The translations under genes were made by a program, and so were the position numbers. The notes under the pieces were generated by a model that worked only from the letters and a program-made list of their open reading frames with translations, was not told where the DNA came from and searched no databases. Of a DNA stretch of 64,000 nucleotides, positions 50,405-59,914 are shown in pieces (within the stretch, counting starts at the first letter, position 1; the number at the start of each line of letters is the position of its first letter). Origin of the DNA: Spirochaetia bacterium (GTDB lineage Bacteria; Spirochaetota; Spirochaetia; CAKZLE01); NCBI GenBank assembly GCA_963677595.1, contig OY782041.1, positions 2,848,001-2,912,000 on the forward strand, in the 5' to 3' direction.

Positions 50405-51166
50405 TTGAAGACACTGATCTCATGGAACGTCAACGGCATCAGGGCAGCCGGGAAGAAGGGCCTGTTCGACTGGATGCAGGAGAAGGATGCAGATATCGTG
50501 TGCCTGCAGGAGACGAAGGCGCAGGTGGAGCAGCTCGATGAGACCTTCACGGCCCCTGAGGGCTACCGGTCATATTTCGCGTCTGCCGAACGGAAGGGCT
50601 ACAGCGGGGTCGTCACCTATGCGAAGGAAGAACCGCTCTCTGTTTCGACGCTCGGGATCGATGAGTTCGATGCCGAGGGAAGGAGCATCATCCTCGACTA
50701 CCCCGATTACCGATTGATCAACTGCTACTTCCCCAACAGCCAGGAGGCGGGCAAGCGCCTCGACTATAAGCTGCGCTTCTGCGAGGCTGTCCAGGACTAC
50801 TGCGACCAGACTGTAGCGGCAGGGAAGGACATCATCCTCTGCGGCGACTACAATGTCGCGCACAAGCCCATCGACCTGGCGAACCCCAAACGGAATGAGC
50901 AGAACCCCGGCTACCTGCCGGAGGAACGGGCCTGGATGGACCGCTTCACCGATGCCGGGTATATCGACACCTTCCGGAAGTACTGCCCGGACCCCGACCG
51001 GTACAGCTGGTGGTCCTACCGGTTCAAGGCCAGGGAGAAGAACACGGGGTGGAGGATCGACTACTTCTGCGTGAACGCCCGCTTCGAGCAGCGATTGCAG
51101 GCTGCCGATATCCTGGACCAGGTGATGGGCTCCGACCACTGCCCGGTCGAACTGCGCATCAGTTGA
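50405..51166 (+). CDS. xth: Exodeoxyribonuclease III
   Basis: SWNVNGIRA, CLQETK, GDYNVAH, WRIDYF and SDHCPV. Confidence 0.96.
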   Translation: MKTLISWNVNGIRAAGKKGLFDWMQEKDADIVCLQETKAQVEQLDETFTAPEGYRSYFASAERKGYSGVVTYAKEEPLSVSTLGIDEFDAEGRSIILDYPDYRLINCYFPNSQEAGKRLDYKLRFCEAVQDYCDQTVAAGKDIILCGDYNVAHKPIDLANPKRNEQNPGYLPEERAWMDRFTDAGYIDTFRKYCPDPDRYSWWSYRFKAREKNTGWRIDYFCVNARFEQRLQAADILDQVMGSDHCPVELRIS

Positions 51167-51855
51167 CGGTGTCGATCGGCGAACTGAGGGAGTCCTCCCT
51201 CCACGAAGAACTCAAGGAGTTCTACCAGGCCTCGTTCGGCGGGGAGACCGAAGTACCCGTCGACGGGTATATCGTGGACCTCTATACCGGTTCCGAGGTC
51301 ATCGAGATCCAGACGGGGAGCTTCTCGAACATCTCCGGGAAGCTCTCGAAACTACTAGGCTCCCATCCGGTCCGTCTCGTCCATCCCCTGGTTCGGAGGA
51401 AGTCACTGCTGCTCTATGACCAGACGGGGACAGTCCTGCAGAGGCAACGGAGATCCCCGCTGCGGGGCATCCCTGCCCATGCGGCCAGGGAGCTCATCAG
51501 GATCCCTGACGTGGCGATGCAGCCCGGGTTCACTTTCGAGCTGCTGATGGTCTCGGTGGAGGAAACCCGCCGTGACGACGGGAAAGGGAGTTGGAGACGG
51601 AAGGGCGTGAGCATCGCAGACCGGAAGCTGCTCTCGATCGACGACGTCCTGGTCTTCGAGAAGCCGGCCGACTACCTGACGCTCCTTCCCCCTGGCCTCC
51701 CAGACCCCTTCACCAACAAGGATACGGCCAGCCTTGGGGGAATGACCGCCAGCCAGGCCTCGAAGCTCTCCTGGTTTCTTAGGAAGGTGGGGGTGGTGGA
51801 GGCTGTCGGGAAGGAGGGGCGGGCCTACCTGTTCCATGCTGCGGCTGGTGTATGA
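51163..51855 (+). CDS. Hypothetical PD-(D/E)XK-like nuclease with C-terminal winged helix
   Basis: ESSLHEELK, EVPVDGYIVD and IEIQT motifs; overlaps the xth stop. Confidence 0.55.
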   Translation: MTVSIGELRESSLHEELKEFYQASFGGETEVPVDGYIVDLYTGSEVIEIQTGSFSNISGKLSKLLGSHPVRLVHPLVRRKSLLLYDQTGTVLQRQRRSPLRGIPAHAARELIRIPDVAMQPGFTFELLMVSVEETRRDDGKGSWRRKGVSIADRKLLSIDDVLVFEKPADYLTLLPPGLPDPFTNKDTASLGGMTASQASKLSWFLRKVGVVEAVGKEGRAYLFHAAAGV

Positions 51856-51953
51856 TATGTGTGTGAAGATGTATGATGTAAAAAGTAAAAAATTACACAT
51901 ATAACGGGAATATATGATATAATAAGAAATAAATTACTCGTAAGAGGATTTCT

Positions 51954-52292
51954 ATGGATTATACTATGATGTCTGATACCCAGATCATCCGGGACCTCGC
52001 CCAGCGAGTGGACCAGCTTCGAATAGCCCGACGACTCAAGGACTCCGATATCGAGAGAATTTCAGGTCTCTCAAGGAAGACCATCTACAATTTCAGGACC
52101 GGCAAGACCGGGATAAGCCTTCGAAACCTCATCAGGCTGCTTCAGGCCCTCGGGGAGGTCGATCGTCTGCAGCGGATGTTCCCCCCCGAAGAGACGTACA
52201 GTCCGTTGAACGGGACGAAGAAGAAACCCCCGAAACGTGTGCGGGATACTGCAGCCCCTGAGTCGCGATTCCGATGGGGAGATGAACGGTAG
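51954..52292 (+). CDS. Xre-family HTH protein (HipB-like)
   Basis: LRIARRL..SGLSRKTIYNF..ISLRNLIRLLQALG and a SP..KRVR..FRWGDE tail. Confidence 0.8.
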   Translation: MDYTMMSDTQIIRDLAQRVDQLRIARRLKDSDIERISGLSRKTIYNFRTGKTGISLRNLIRLLQALGEVDRLQRMFPPEETYSPLNGTKKKPPKRVRDTAAPESRFRWGDER

Positions 52293-52607
52293 GGAGTATG
52301 GCTGTCCCTTCAAACAGTGGACCCGCTTCCTGCTGCAGGTCATCCATAGGAAAATAAATTCATCATACCGCCAGAACCCCTGCCTGAACCTGGGGGCCGA
52401 AGATACATACCCGCATGCCTGATAGATACCAATCCATGTTCTATTACCGTGGTCATACCCTGGATTAATCTGTCAGGTATGCCGGTTAATCGTACAAGGA
52501 TCATTTTATTGCACGGACGATGCTCTGGGAAGAGTGCGTATTTTCATTCACGACAAACATATATGTGGTATAATCGATTATATGCCAATCATTACGGAGG
52601 TTTGCCC

Positions 52608-53042
52608 ATGAGAATCGAGAAGACGCTCTCGCCGGTATTCAGCAACCTTGCGAAAGCCGCTGAAAAGCAGCAGCGGTACGAGGATGCCGAGCTGTTCCAG
52701 CAGCTCTCGGAACAGATGTATGTCGAGGTCCCCGGACCCGGCGACCTGGATTCGCTCAAAGCCCGGATCGATGAGGATATTACCGCCCATTACCCGGCCG
52801 TGCGGGAGGCCGCAGAGAAGGTCCGCGACCGGGGGGCCCTGCGAGCTGTGACTTGGGGCGAGAAGGTGACGAAGATCCAGAAGAGCCTGATCGCGCGGTA
52901 TGAGACGAAGGGTGATGACCTCCTTGAGGGGAATGACCTCTTCATCTGCGAGGCCTGCGGGTTCATCGCCGTCGCCCCGTCAGTACCGGACCGGTGCCCG
53001 ATATGCAAGGCACCGTCATCACGATTCTCCCTGGTGGGATAG
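52608..53042 (+). CDS. Rubrerythrin-like protein with C-terminal rubredoxin domain
   Basis: FICEACGF...PDRCPICKAP; RBS GGAGG before ATG 52608. Confidence 0.85.
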   Translation: MRIEKTLSPVFSNLAKAAEKQQRYEDAELFQQLSEQMYVEVPGPGDLDSLKARIDEDITAHYPAVREAAEKVRDRGALRAVTWGEKVTKIQKSLIARYETKGDDLLEGNDLFICEACGFIAVAPSVPDRCPICKAPSSRFSLVG

Positions 53043-53054
53043 GAGGTAGGGAAT

Positions 53055-53510
53055 ATGTATGCATCAAGGAACCTGGACTACTGTACGAAAGACTGCGTGT
53101 GCCTCTTCGTCTGCCCGACAGGGGCTACCGATACGGAGAATGGCCAGATCAATATGGACAAGTGCATCGACGGCTGCCGGCTCTGCGTGGATGCCTGCCC
53201 GTCCCATGCGATCTTCCTCGTCCCGGAGACCTTCCCCGAACCCCTGTGCAAGGACAAGGAGGTCAATGCGACGCTCATGAAGCTCTGCGAGCGGAAGTTC
53301 ACTGAGGAGGATACCGCCCTTTCAGTCTCGGAGTACTCCGGGAACAGGACCGAATCCCGCCTGGCCAAGGCCCTGCAGCGCTCGGCACGGATCCTCTCCG
53401 AGGACTGCGCCCGCGAGGCGGGCTACCTGACACCGCAGTGCAGGAAGACGAGGGAACTGTTATCGCAGTTCCCCGACTCCGAGAATGCCCATAAGCTCCT
53501 GAAGCACTGA
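53055..53510 (+). CDS. 4Fe-4S ferredoxin-domain protein
   Basis: CTKDCVCLFVCP and CIDGCRLCVDACP. Confidence 0.88.
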   Translation: MYASRNLDYCTKDCVCLFVCPTGATDTENGQINMDKCIDGCRLCVDACPSHAIFLVPETFPEPLCKDKEVNATLMKLCERKFTEEDTALSVSEYSGNRTESRLAKALQRSARILSEDCAREAGYLTPQCRKTRELLSQFPDSENAHKLLKH

Positions 53511-53807
53511 CGGCCTGTCAGCCCTCGAAGGTCGTGAGCACATCCTTGAGCAGTCGTATGATCGGCAGGTGCTGGGGACAGAGTCCCTCGCACTGGCCGC
53601 ATTCGATGCAGAGGGAGGCGTTCCCGGCTTTCGAGAGCACGAACCGGTAGGAGTTCCTTAACTTCTTGTACTTTTATTACTCAAACCACTTTTTCGCGAC
53701 AAGCCAATACATAAATCTTTAAAATATAAGGAGAAATAAACGGTTTTCAGTTGAATTCCAGGCCCAGGTCTGCTATACTTAAGGTATAAAGTATTACTCA
53801 ATGCGAG

Positions 53808-55544
53808 GTGAATATCATGTACCTAAAGACCCTGGTTGACCTGCCGGATGTCCCCGGTAAAATCGTGATTCAGACGAAGAATAATTCGTCCTACGTGCAC
53901 TTCGAATACGATCGGATCTATGATGCTGACAGGAAGTTCAATGTCCCCAAGCGGGTTGTCATCGGCAAGATTGCTGGCAACGATAAGCACAAAATGTATC
54001 CGAATCCAAATTTCCTGAAGTACTTTCCTGCCGTTGATGTTTCGCCCAGTCGTACGACTGATCCAGACCGAAGCTGCTGCCTAAAGATCGGTTCCTGGTT
54101 GGCGATCCGCAGCATCATCGAGCACTATGGGATCGAGAAGACCCTCAACCCCATCATCGACAAGGATACCGGGTTCTTCCTGGACCTTGCCGCATATTCC
54201 CTGATCAGTGAGAACAATGCCGGTCAGTACTATCCTGACTATGCTTATTGCCATCCGTTGTTTACCAACGCCATGCATATCTACAGCGACTCGAAGGTCT
54301 CAGACTTCCTTACCAACATGCCTGAGCACTGGAGTGTGGAGTTCCTGAATGCGTGGAATGCACGTAGGGATCACCGAGAACGGATCTACATCTCCTACGA
54401 TTCCACGAACAAGAATTGCCAGGCCGGGGACATCGAGATCGTCGAGTTTGGGCATCCAAAGGATGAACAGGGGCTTCCCGTTTTCAATTATTCGATTGCC
54501 TATGACAAGACGAACCAGGTCCCCTTGTTCTATGAGGAGTATCCCGGCAGTATCGTAGATGTCTCACAGCTCCAATTCATGCTGGAGAAAGCACTCAGCT
54601 ATGGATACCGGCATTGCGGGTTCATACTTGACCGAGGATACTTCTCCAAGGCGAACATCCAGTACATGGACGCCTGCGGCTATGAGTTCGTCATCATGGT
54701 CAAGGGCATGAAGGACCTCGTCTCCGGCTTGGTACTGGAGCATCAGGGGAGCTTTGAGACTGACCGGAGATGTTTCATTCGTGGGCACCGGGTGTATGGG
54801 AAGACCATCAAGGCACCGCTGTACGCTGATGATACACGAGAGCGGTATTTCCACATCTTCCATTCCTCAACGCTTGAATGCAGCCAGAGAGGCAAGCTTG
54901 AGGCTAAGCTGGAGCGGATGGAGAAGAGTCTCCTCAAGCATCGGGGACAGGCGATCACGTTCCCGAAATCGTACTCCCAGTATTATGAGCTCTATTTCAA
55001 TGAGCAGGAGGGATCAGCCAAGACCCTGGTCCACTGGCGGGAACGGAACGATGTGATCCAGCGGGAATTATCTCTGTGCGGCTACTTTGCTATCGTCACC
55101 TCAGAGCAGATGACGACTCAGGAGGCGATGGATCTCTATCGGAGCAGAGATGCTTCGGAGAAGCTGTTCAGAAGCGACAAAACCTTTTTGGGCAACAAGA
55201 GCCTGCGTGTCCATTCCGACCAGGCTGCGGATGCCAAGGTGTTCATCGGGTTTGTCGCTCTCATCATACGCAATCGTCTCTACAACCTGCTTAAGGATGC
55301 GATGGCGCGGATGGAAAAGAGGCCAAACTACATGACGGTCCCGGCGGCAATCAAGGAGTTGGACAAGATCGAGATGGTACGCCAGTTTGACGGCATCTAC
55401 CGGCTCGATCATGCCGTAACGAAGACCCAGAAAGTGATCCTGGAGGCCCTAGGCTTAGATCCTGCCTCGGTACAGACTACAGCTCAATCCATTAGTGGGA
55501 TATTGGCTGCAACAGACACATCTGACAAACAGGAGGAATCGTGA
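53808..55544 (+). CDS. IS1634-family transposase
   Basis: ISYDSTN, ILDRGYFS, YRSRDASEKLF and KVFIGFVALIIR. Confidence 0.92.
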   Translation: MNIMYLKTLVDLPDVPGKIVIQTKNNSSYVHFEYDRIYDADRKFNVPKRVVIGKIAGNDKHKMYPNPNFLKYFPAVDVSPSRTTDPDRSCCLKIGSWLAIRSIIEHYGIEKTLNPIIDKDTGFFLDLAAYSLISENNAGQYYPDYAYCHPLFTNAMHIYSDSKVSDFLTNMPEHWSVEFLNAWNARRDHRERIYISYDSTNKNCQAGDIEIVEFGHPKDEQGLPVFNYSIAYDKTNQVPLFYEEYPGSIVDVSQLQFMLEKALSYGYRHCGFILDRGYFSKANIQYMDACGYEFVIMVKGMKDLVSGLVLEHQGSFETDRRCFIRGHRVYGKTIKAPLYADDTRERYFHIFHSSTLECSQRGKLEAKLERMEKSLLKHRGQAITFPKSYSQYYELYFNEQEGSAKTLVHWRERNDVIQRELSLCGYFAIVTSEQMTTQEAMDLYRSRDASEKLFRSDKTFLGNKSLRVHSDQAADAKVFIGFVALIIRNRLYNLLKDAMARMEKRPNYMTVPAAIKELDKIEMVRQFDGIYRLDHAVTKTQKVILEALGLDPASVQTTAQSISGILAATDTSDKQEES

Positions 55545-55765
55545 TGGCACGCACAAGGACGATGGCATCGGTTGATGCAAAGGTCAAGAAGGCCCAAGAT
55601 GCAGTGGAACAAACAAAAGACCGGTATGATGCTGCCGTAACTGAACTGGAACGATGGTACGAAGAGAAGAAGAACCTTCAGCTGCAGGAACTTGCCCAGG
55701 CGCTCAACAAGAGTGATAAGAGTTTTGAAGACGTGATGCGATTCATCAAGGATGGTACCCGCTGA
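55541..55765 (+). CDS. Small coiled-coil passenger protein within the IS
   Basis: RBS GGAGG, overlaps the transposase stop, ends inside the right IR boundary. Confidence 0.75.
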   Translation: MMARTRTMASVDAKVKKAQDAVEQTKDRYDAAVTELERWYEEKKNLQLQELAQALNKSDKSFEDVMRFIKDGTR

Positions 55766-56998
55766 GGCCTCGATGCAGGCCTTGAGTAATAAAAAGTCAG
55801 GAAGTTAAGGGAGTTTCGTGAGTTGGGGTTCCCGTAGACCTTCAGGTCGTTATAGAAGGCGAAGTTCCTCGGTATGTTGACCCCTGAAGGGCAGGGCATG
55901 CAGTAGCCGCAGTTGGTACAGCCGATCTGCCGGCTCTCGCTCAGGGCGGTTATGACCGATTCGGTGAGTTCCTGACGCCGTGCATCGAACGGTTCTTCCA
56001 CCGCCCGTCCTGCGATCAGGACATTCTCCTCCACCTGTTCTGCTGTCGACATGCCGCTCAGCAGGAGGGAGACACCGGGATGGCTCCATACCCACTGCAG
56101 GGCGAGTTCCACCGGCTTCCAGGACGGCTCTGAGGCTGCGAGGAGGGCTGCCGCGGCGTTCGGGAGGCTTGCGAGGTTCCCGCCCCGCAGCGGTTCCATG
56201 ACGACGATGCCCAATCCCTTCTCAGCGGCGTACTCATACCCTTCAGTCCCTGCCTGGAAGGTCTGGTCGATGTAGTTGTACTGGATCTGGCAGAAGTCCC
56301 AGTCGTAGCCATCGACGATCCCCTTGAAGACCTCGAGTTCATCATGGAAGGAGAAGCCCATGTACCGAACCTTCCCTGAAGCCTTGGCTCTTTCCATGAA
56401 ATCGAAGATCCCGAGCTCCTTGAGCTTCGGCCATCTCTCATGATCAAGGGCATGGAGCAGGTAGAAGTCTATACGGTCGGTCTCGAGTCGTTCGATTTGG
56501 GCGTCAAGGTAGGAATCAAGGTCGGCACTGGTCTTCACCATCCAGGTGGGCAGCTTGGTCGCGATGTGCACCTTATCGCGGTACCCGTCTTGCAGGGCCT
56601 TCCCCACCAGCGGTTCACTGGCACCGCCGCCTGCATGACCGAAGCCATGGTAGGGCCATGCCGTGTCGATGTAGTTGACGCCGTTATCGACGGCGTAGCG
56701 GATCATACGGATCGCCTCAGGCTCATCGATGGCATTGAAGTCATCCTGGGCATGCGGCAGGCGCATGGCCCCGAATCCCAGAGCGGAGACCTGTTCCCCG
56801 GTCCTTCCCATGGTCCTGTATCTCATTGTGCACTCCTTCTCTCATTCAGTTTCCTCTACAGTATGCGGGTTACGGTACCCAGATGCAAGGGGCTGAAGAC
56901 CGTCTGCTGGTGAGGGAGGGATACCCGGCAGATGCATATCTGGCAGAAGCACAGCTGCCCTGCTTGTCGCGGGTTTCCCGCTATGATAGTATTCCCCT

Positions 56999-59815
56999 AT
57001 GGATAGAGAGCATTTCACAGTAGGGGAACTCGCGAGACAGAACGAACTGCTCACGCAGGTACTGAGCCTCGCCGGCTTGGGGTTCTACGATCTTGACCTG
57101 ATTGGGAACTCCCTCTACTGGAACGATGCGCTCTACCGTATGTTCGGTGAGGAGCCTGGGAGCTTCGAACCCTCCTATGAACGGTTCCTCGGGTATGTCC
57201 ATCCCGAGGACCGGGAGCGGGTCGATTCGCTGTTCTATGACCTGATGGTGCACAACCGGGATACCGGACTGCAGTACCGGATCATCAAACGTGACGGCAG
57301 TATCGCCGAACTGGATGTCTCCATCCGTATGGAGGCGGACCCTGACGGGAGTCCTTCCCGGATGCTGGGGACGGTCCGTGACATCACGGAGACCGTTACC
57401 TACCGGGATGAGCTCCTGCGGAAGAATCGGCTGCTCGAGGAGACCCAGAGGATCGTGAAGCTCGGCTTCTGGGAATTCGATGTCCCGAAAGACCGGCTCC
57501 TCTGGAGTGATGAGGTGTACCGGATCTTCGGCCTGGAGCCTCAGAGCCTTGCGGCCACCTATGAGAAGTTCTTAACCTTCGTCCACCCAGATGACCGTGA
57601 GATGCTCAACCAGGTGTACCAGGGATCCCTTGAGCAGAAGACCTCGTATGACGTGCGGCACCGGGTAGTGCGGGCAGACGGGTCGGTCATCCATGTCAGG
57701 GAGCAGGCGTACCATGAGTACGATGCAGGGGGGAAGCCTGTTCGGTCGATCGGTACCGTGCTCGATATCACGGATACGGTGGCATACGAGGAGCGGCTCG
57801 ACCAGAAGAGGAAGCAGCTTGAGCATATCCAGCAGGTAGCGAACCTGGGTTCCTATGAGTATGATATCGTCCATGGTGAACTGAGCTGGAGCAGGGAGAT
57901 GTATGAGCTTTTCGGGGTCGACCCCCAGCAGTACACTCCCTCCTACGAGGGATCGTTCAGCAGGGTCCACCCTGAGGACCGGGAACGCGTAGAGGGTGTG
58001 TTGAAGGCGGCGCTCAAGGACGGGAAGCCCGGGATCCAGGGGCAGTACCGGATCCTCAGGGATGACGGGACGGTCATCTATGTGAAAGGGGATGTGAACC
58101 TCCTCTACAACGAGGACGGTGTTCCGGTGAAGGCCATCGGCACCACCCAGGATATCACGGTCCTGGAGGAGTCCCGGCAGGCGCTGAAGGAACGGAACGA
58201 CCTGCTTTCGCTGGCCCAGAGGATGGCGAACCTTGGGTATTGGAGCTTCGACATCGCCAGGAGACATCTCGAGTGGAGCGATGAGCTCTACCGCATCTTC
58301 GGGATGGATCCCGAGACCGATACGGCATCGGTCGAGAAGTTCGTCAGGATGATCCATCCTGAGGACCGGAAGATGGTGATCCGGACCATCCTGGCATCCG
58401 AGCACAAGGAAGAACAGCAGGTGCGCCATCGCCTGCTCAAGCCGGGCGGGTCGGTCCTGCACGTGAATGCCGTCATCCATACGGAGTTCGATGCTGCAGG
58501 GAAGGCGGTCAGGAACGTCGGCTCCTTCCAGGATATCACGGGGATCGTCAAGAACGAGCTGGAGATGCAGCGGTTGAAGGAGCAGCTGGAGTCTGTCGTC
58601 AACAAGATTCCCGATATCCTCTACAGCTTCAGGATCGACGGAGCTATGGAAGTGGTCTATATCAATGACGCGGTGAAGCAGATAACCGGCTACCCCGCCA
58701 GTGATTTCATCGGCAACCGGGTCAGGAATTTCGAGAGCATCATCCATCCTGAGGATACCCCGAGGATAAAACGTATCATAGACTATGCGCTCACACACCA
58801 TGAAGTCTACTTCCTCGAGTACCGGATCATCGCTGCGAACGGGGAGATCATCCATGTCGCCGATACCGGGCAGGTCGTCGCACGGGAGGGGGAGAGCTTC
58901 CTCCTCGAGGGGACCATCTCCGATACCTCGATCCATAAGGACTACAACAAGCGGTTCACGAAGTTCCTCGACCTGCAGGATAACATCATCATCCTGACTG
59001 ACGGAGAGCGGCCGATCTTCCTCAACACCCAGTGCTTCGAGTTTCTCGGCTATGAGAGCCAGAAGGCCTTCATGGAAGAGCATCAGTGCATCACCGAACT
59101 CTTCATCGAGGAGTCACCGTTCTTCTACGTTCCCGATGATAAGAAGTTCGGGAACGAATGGGTGACGACCCTGATCGGGCTCAACGACCGGCAGCGGATC
59201 GTCGCTATGAAGGACAAGTACCGGATCCCCCATGTCTTCGCGATCACGGTCAACTCCTATGACCAGGACTATTATATCCTCAACTTCACCGATGTGAGCG
59301 AGAACTTCTCCGAGAAGCTTCGGCTCGAGCAGATCGCCATCACTGACACCCTCACCGGTGCCTACAACCGTGAGTTCTACCAGATGAACATCGAGCGGCT
59401 CATCGCTGACCATGCGAAGGAGGCTCACCTCACCGGGTTCACCATCTTCGACCTCGATCACTTCAAGCTGGTCAATGACACCTGGGGACATGATGTCGGG
59501 GACAGCGTGCTCCGGAAGGTGATCAAGGTGGTCGGGTCCCACCTGCGGAAGGATGACCGCCTCATCCGCTGGGGAGGGGATGAGTTCCTCATCATCACCC
59601 GGGCCGATACGCTCTCCAGTGTCTATGCACAGGCTGAACTCCTGAGGTCACAACTCGAGCAGACGGCCTTCGATACCATCGGCAGCCAGACCTGCACCTT
59701 CGGCTGTGCGGTACATGCGGCGGGGGAGGCTCCTGAGGCCACCATGAAGGCTGCCGACCGTGCACTCTACCGGGCTAAGGAAGTCGGTCGGAACCGGGTC
59801 GAATCCGCTGGATAG
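56999..59815 (+). CDS. Multi-PAS/PAC diguanylate cyclase
   Basis: Five (V/I)HP(E/D)D PAS_3-type units; DTLTGAYNR, RKDD, RWGGDEF. Confidence 0.93.
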   Translation: MDREHFTVGELARQNELLTQVLSLAGLGFYDLDLIGNSLYWNDALYRMFGEEPGSFEPSYERFLGYVHPEDRERVDSLFYDLMVHNRDTGLQYRIIKRDGSIAELDVSIRMEADPDGSPSRMLGTVRDITETVTYRDELLRKNRLLEETQRIVKLGFWEFDVPKDRLLWSDEVYRIFGLEPQSLAATYEKFLTFVHPDDREMLNQVYQGSLEQKTSYDVRHRVVRADGSVIHVREQAYHEYDAGGKPVRSIGTVLDITDTVAYEERLDQKRKQLEHIQQVANLGSYEYDIVHGELSWSREMYELFGVDPQQYTPSYEGSFSRVHPEDRERVEGVLKAALKDGKPGIQGQYRILRDDGTVIYVKGDVNLLYNEDGVPVKAIGTTQDITVLEESRQALKERNDLLSLAQRMANLGYWSFDIARRHLEWSDELYRIFGMDPETDTASVEKFVRMIHPEDRKMVIRTILASEHKEEQQVRHRLLKPGGSVLHVNAVIHTEFDAAGKAVRNVGSFQDITGIVKNELEMQRLKEQLESVVNKIPDILYSFRIDGAMEVVYINDAVKQITGYPASDFIGNRVRNFESIIHPEDTPRIKRIIDYALTHHEVYFLEYRIIAANGEIIHVADTGQVVAREGESFLLEGTISDTSIHKDYNKRFTKFLDLQDNIIILTDGERPIFLNTQCFEFLGYESQKAFMEEHQCITELFIEESPFFYVPDDKKFGNEWVTTLIGLNDRQRIVAMKDKYRIPHVFAITVNSYDQDYYILNFTDVSENFSEKLRLEQIAITDTLTGAYNREFYQMNIERLIADHAKEAHLTGFTIFDLDHFKLVNDTWGHDVGDSVLRKVIKVVGSHLRKDDRLIRWGGDEFLIITRADTLSSVYAQAELLRSQLEQTAFDTIGSQTCTFGCAVHAAGEAPEATMKAADRALYRAKEVGRNRVESAG

Positions 59816-59833
59816 CACGACTAAAAGGTACTG

Positions 59834-59865
59834 CTTTGCCGAATAGTCCGGACTATTTTGCAAAG
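59834..59865. promoter_or_regulatory. Long palindrome between the GGDEF and ATPase genes
   Basis: CTTTGC-CG-AATAGTCCGGACTATT-TT-GCAAAG with a perfect 16-bp core and no loop. Confidence 0.5.
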
Positions 59866-59914
59866 TGCTGCAAGATGGTCTTGATTATTCCTTGTGTCGT
59901 ACTATACTACCTAT

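Larger units (their letters stand above)
53656..55810. mobile_element. IS1634-family insertion sequence (2155 bp, two ORFs)
   Basis: 29-bp terminal IRs (25/29 match) CCTTAACTTC..TTTTATTACTCAA; 5-bp duplication GAGTT at 53651-53655 and 55811-55815. Confidence 0.95.
53518..56826 (-). pseudogene. Aldo/keto reductase with 4Fe-4S tail, interrupted by an IS1634-type element
   Basis: LGFGAMRLP, YIDTAWPYH and CTNCGYCMPCP; beyond the IS it continues in frame as SYRFVLSKAGNASLCIECGQCEGLCPQHLPI...FEG* (53518). Confidence 0.92.

Noticed and set aside
55678-55815. C-terminus of the 382-aa aldo/keto reductase ORF as given in the track
   Set aside because: It is read-through into the IS; the true C-terminus lies at 53518-53655.
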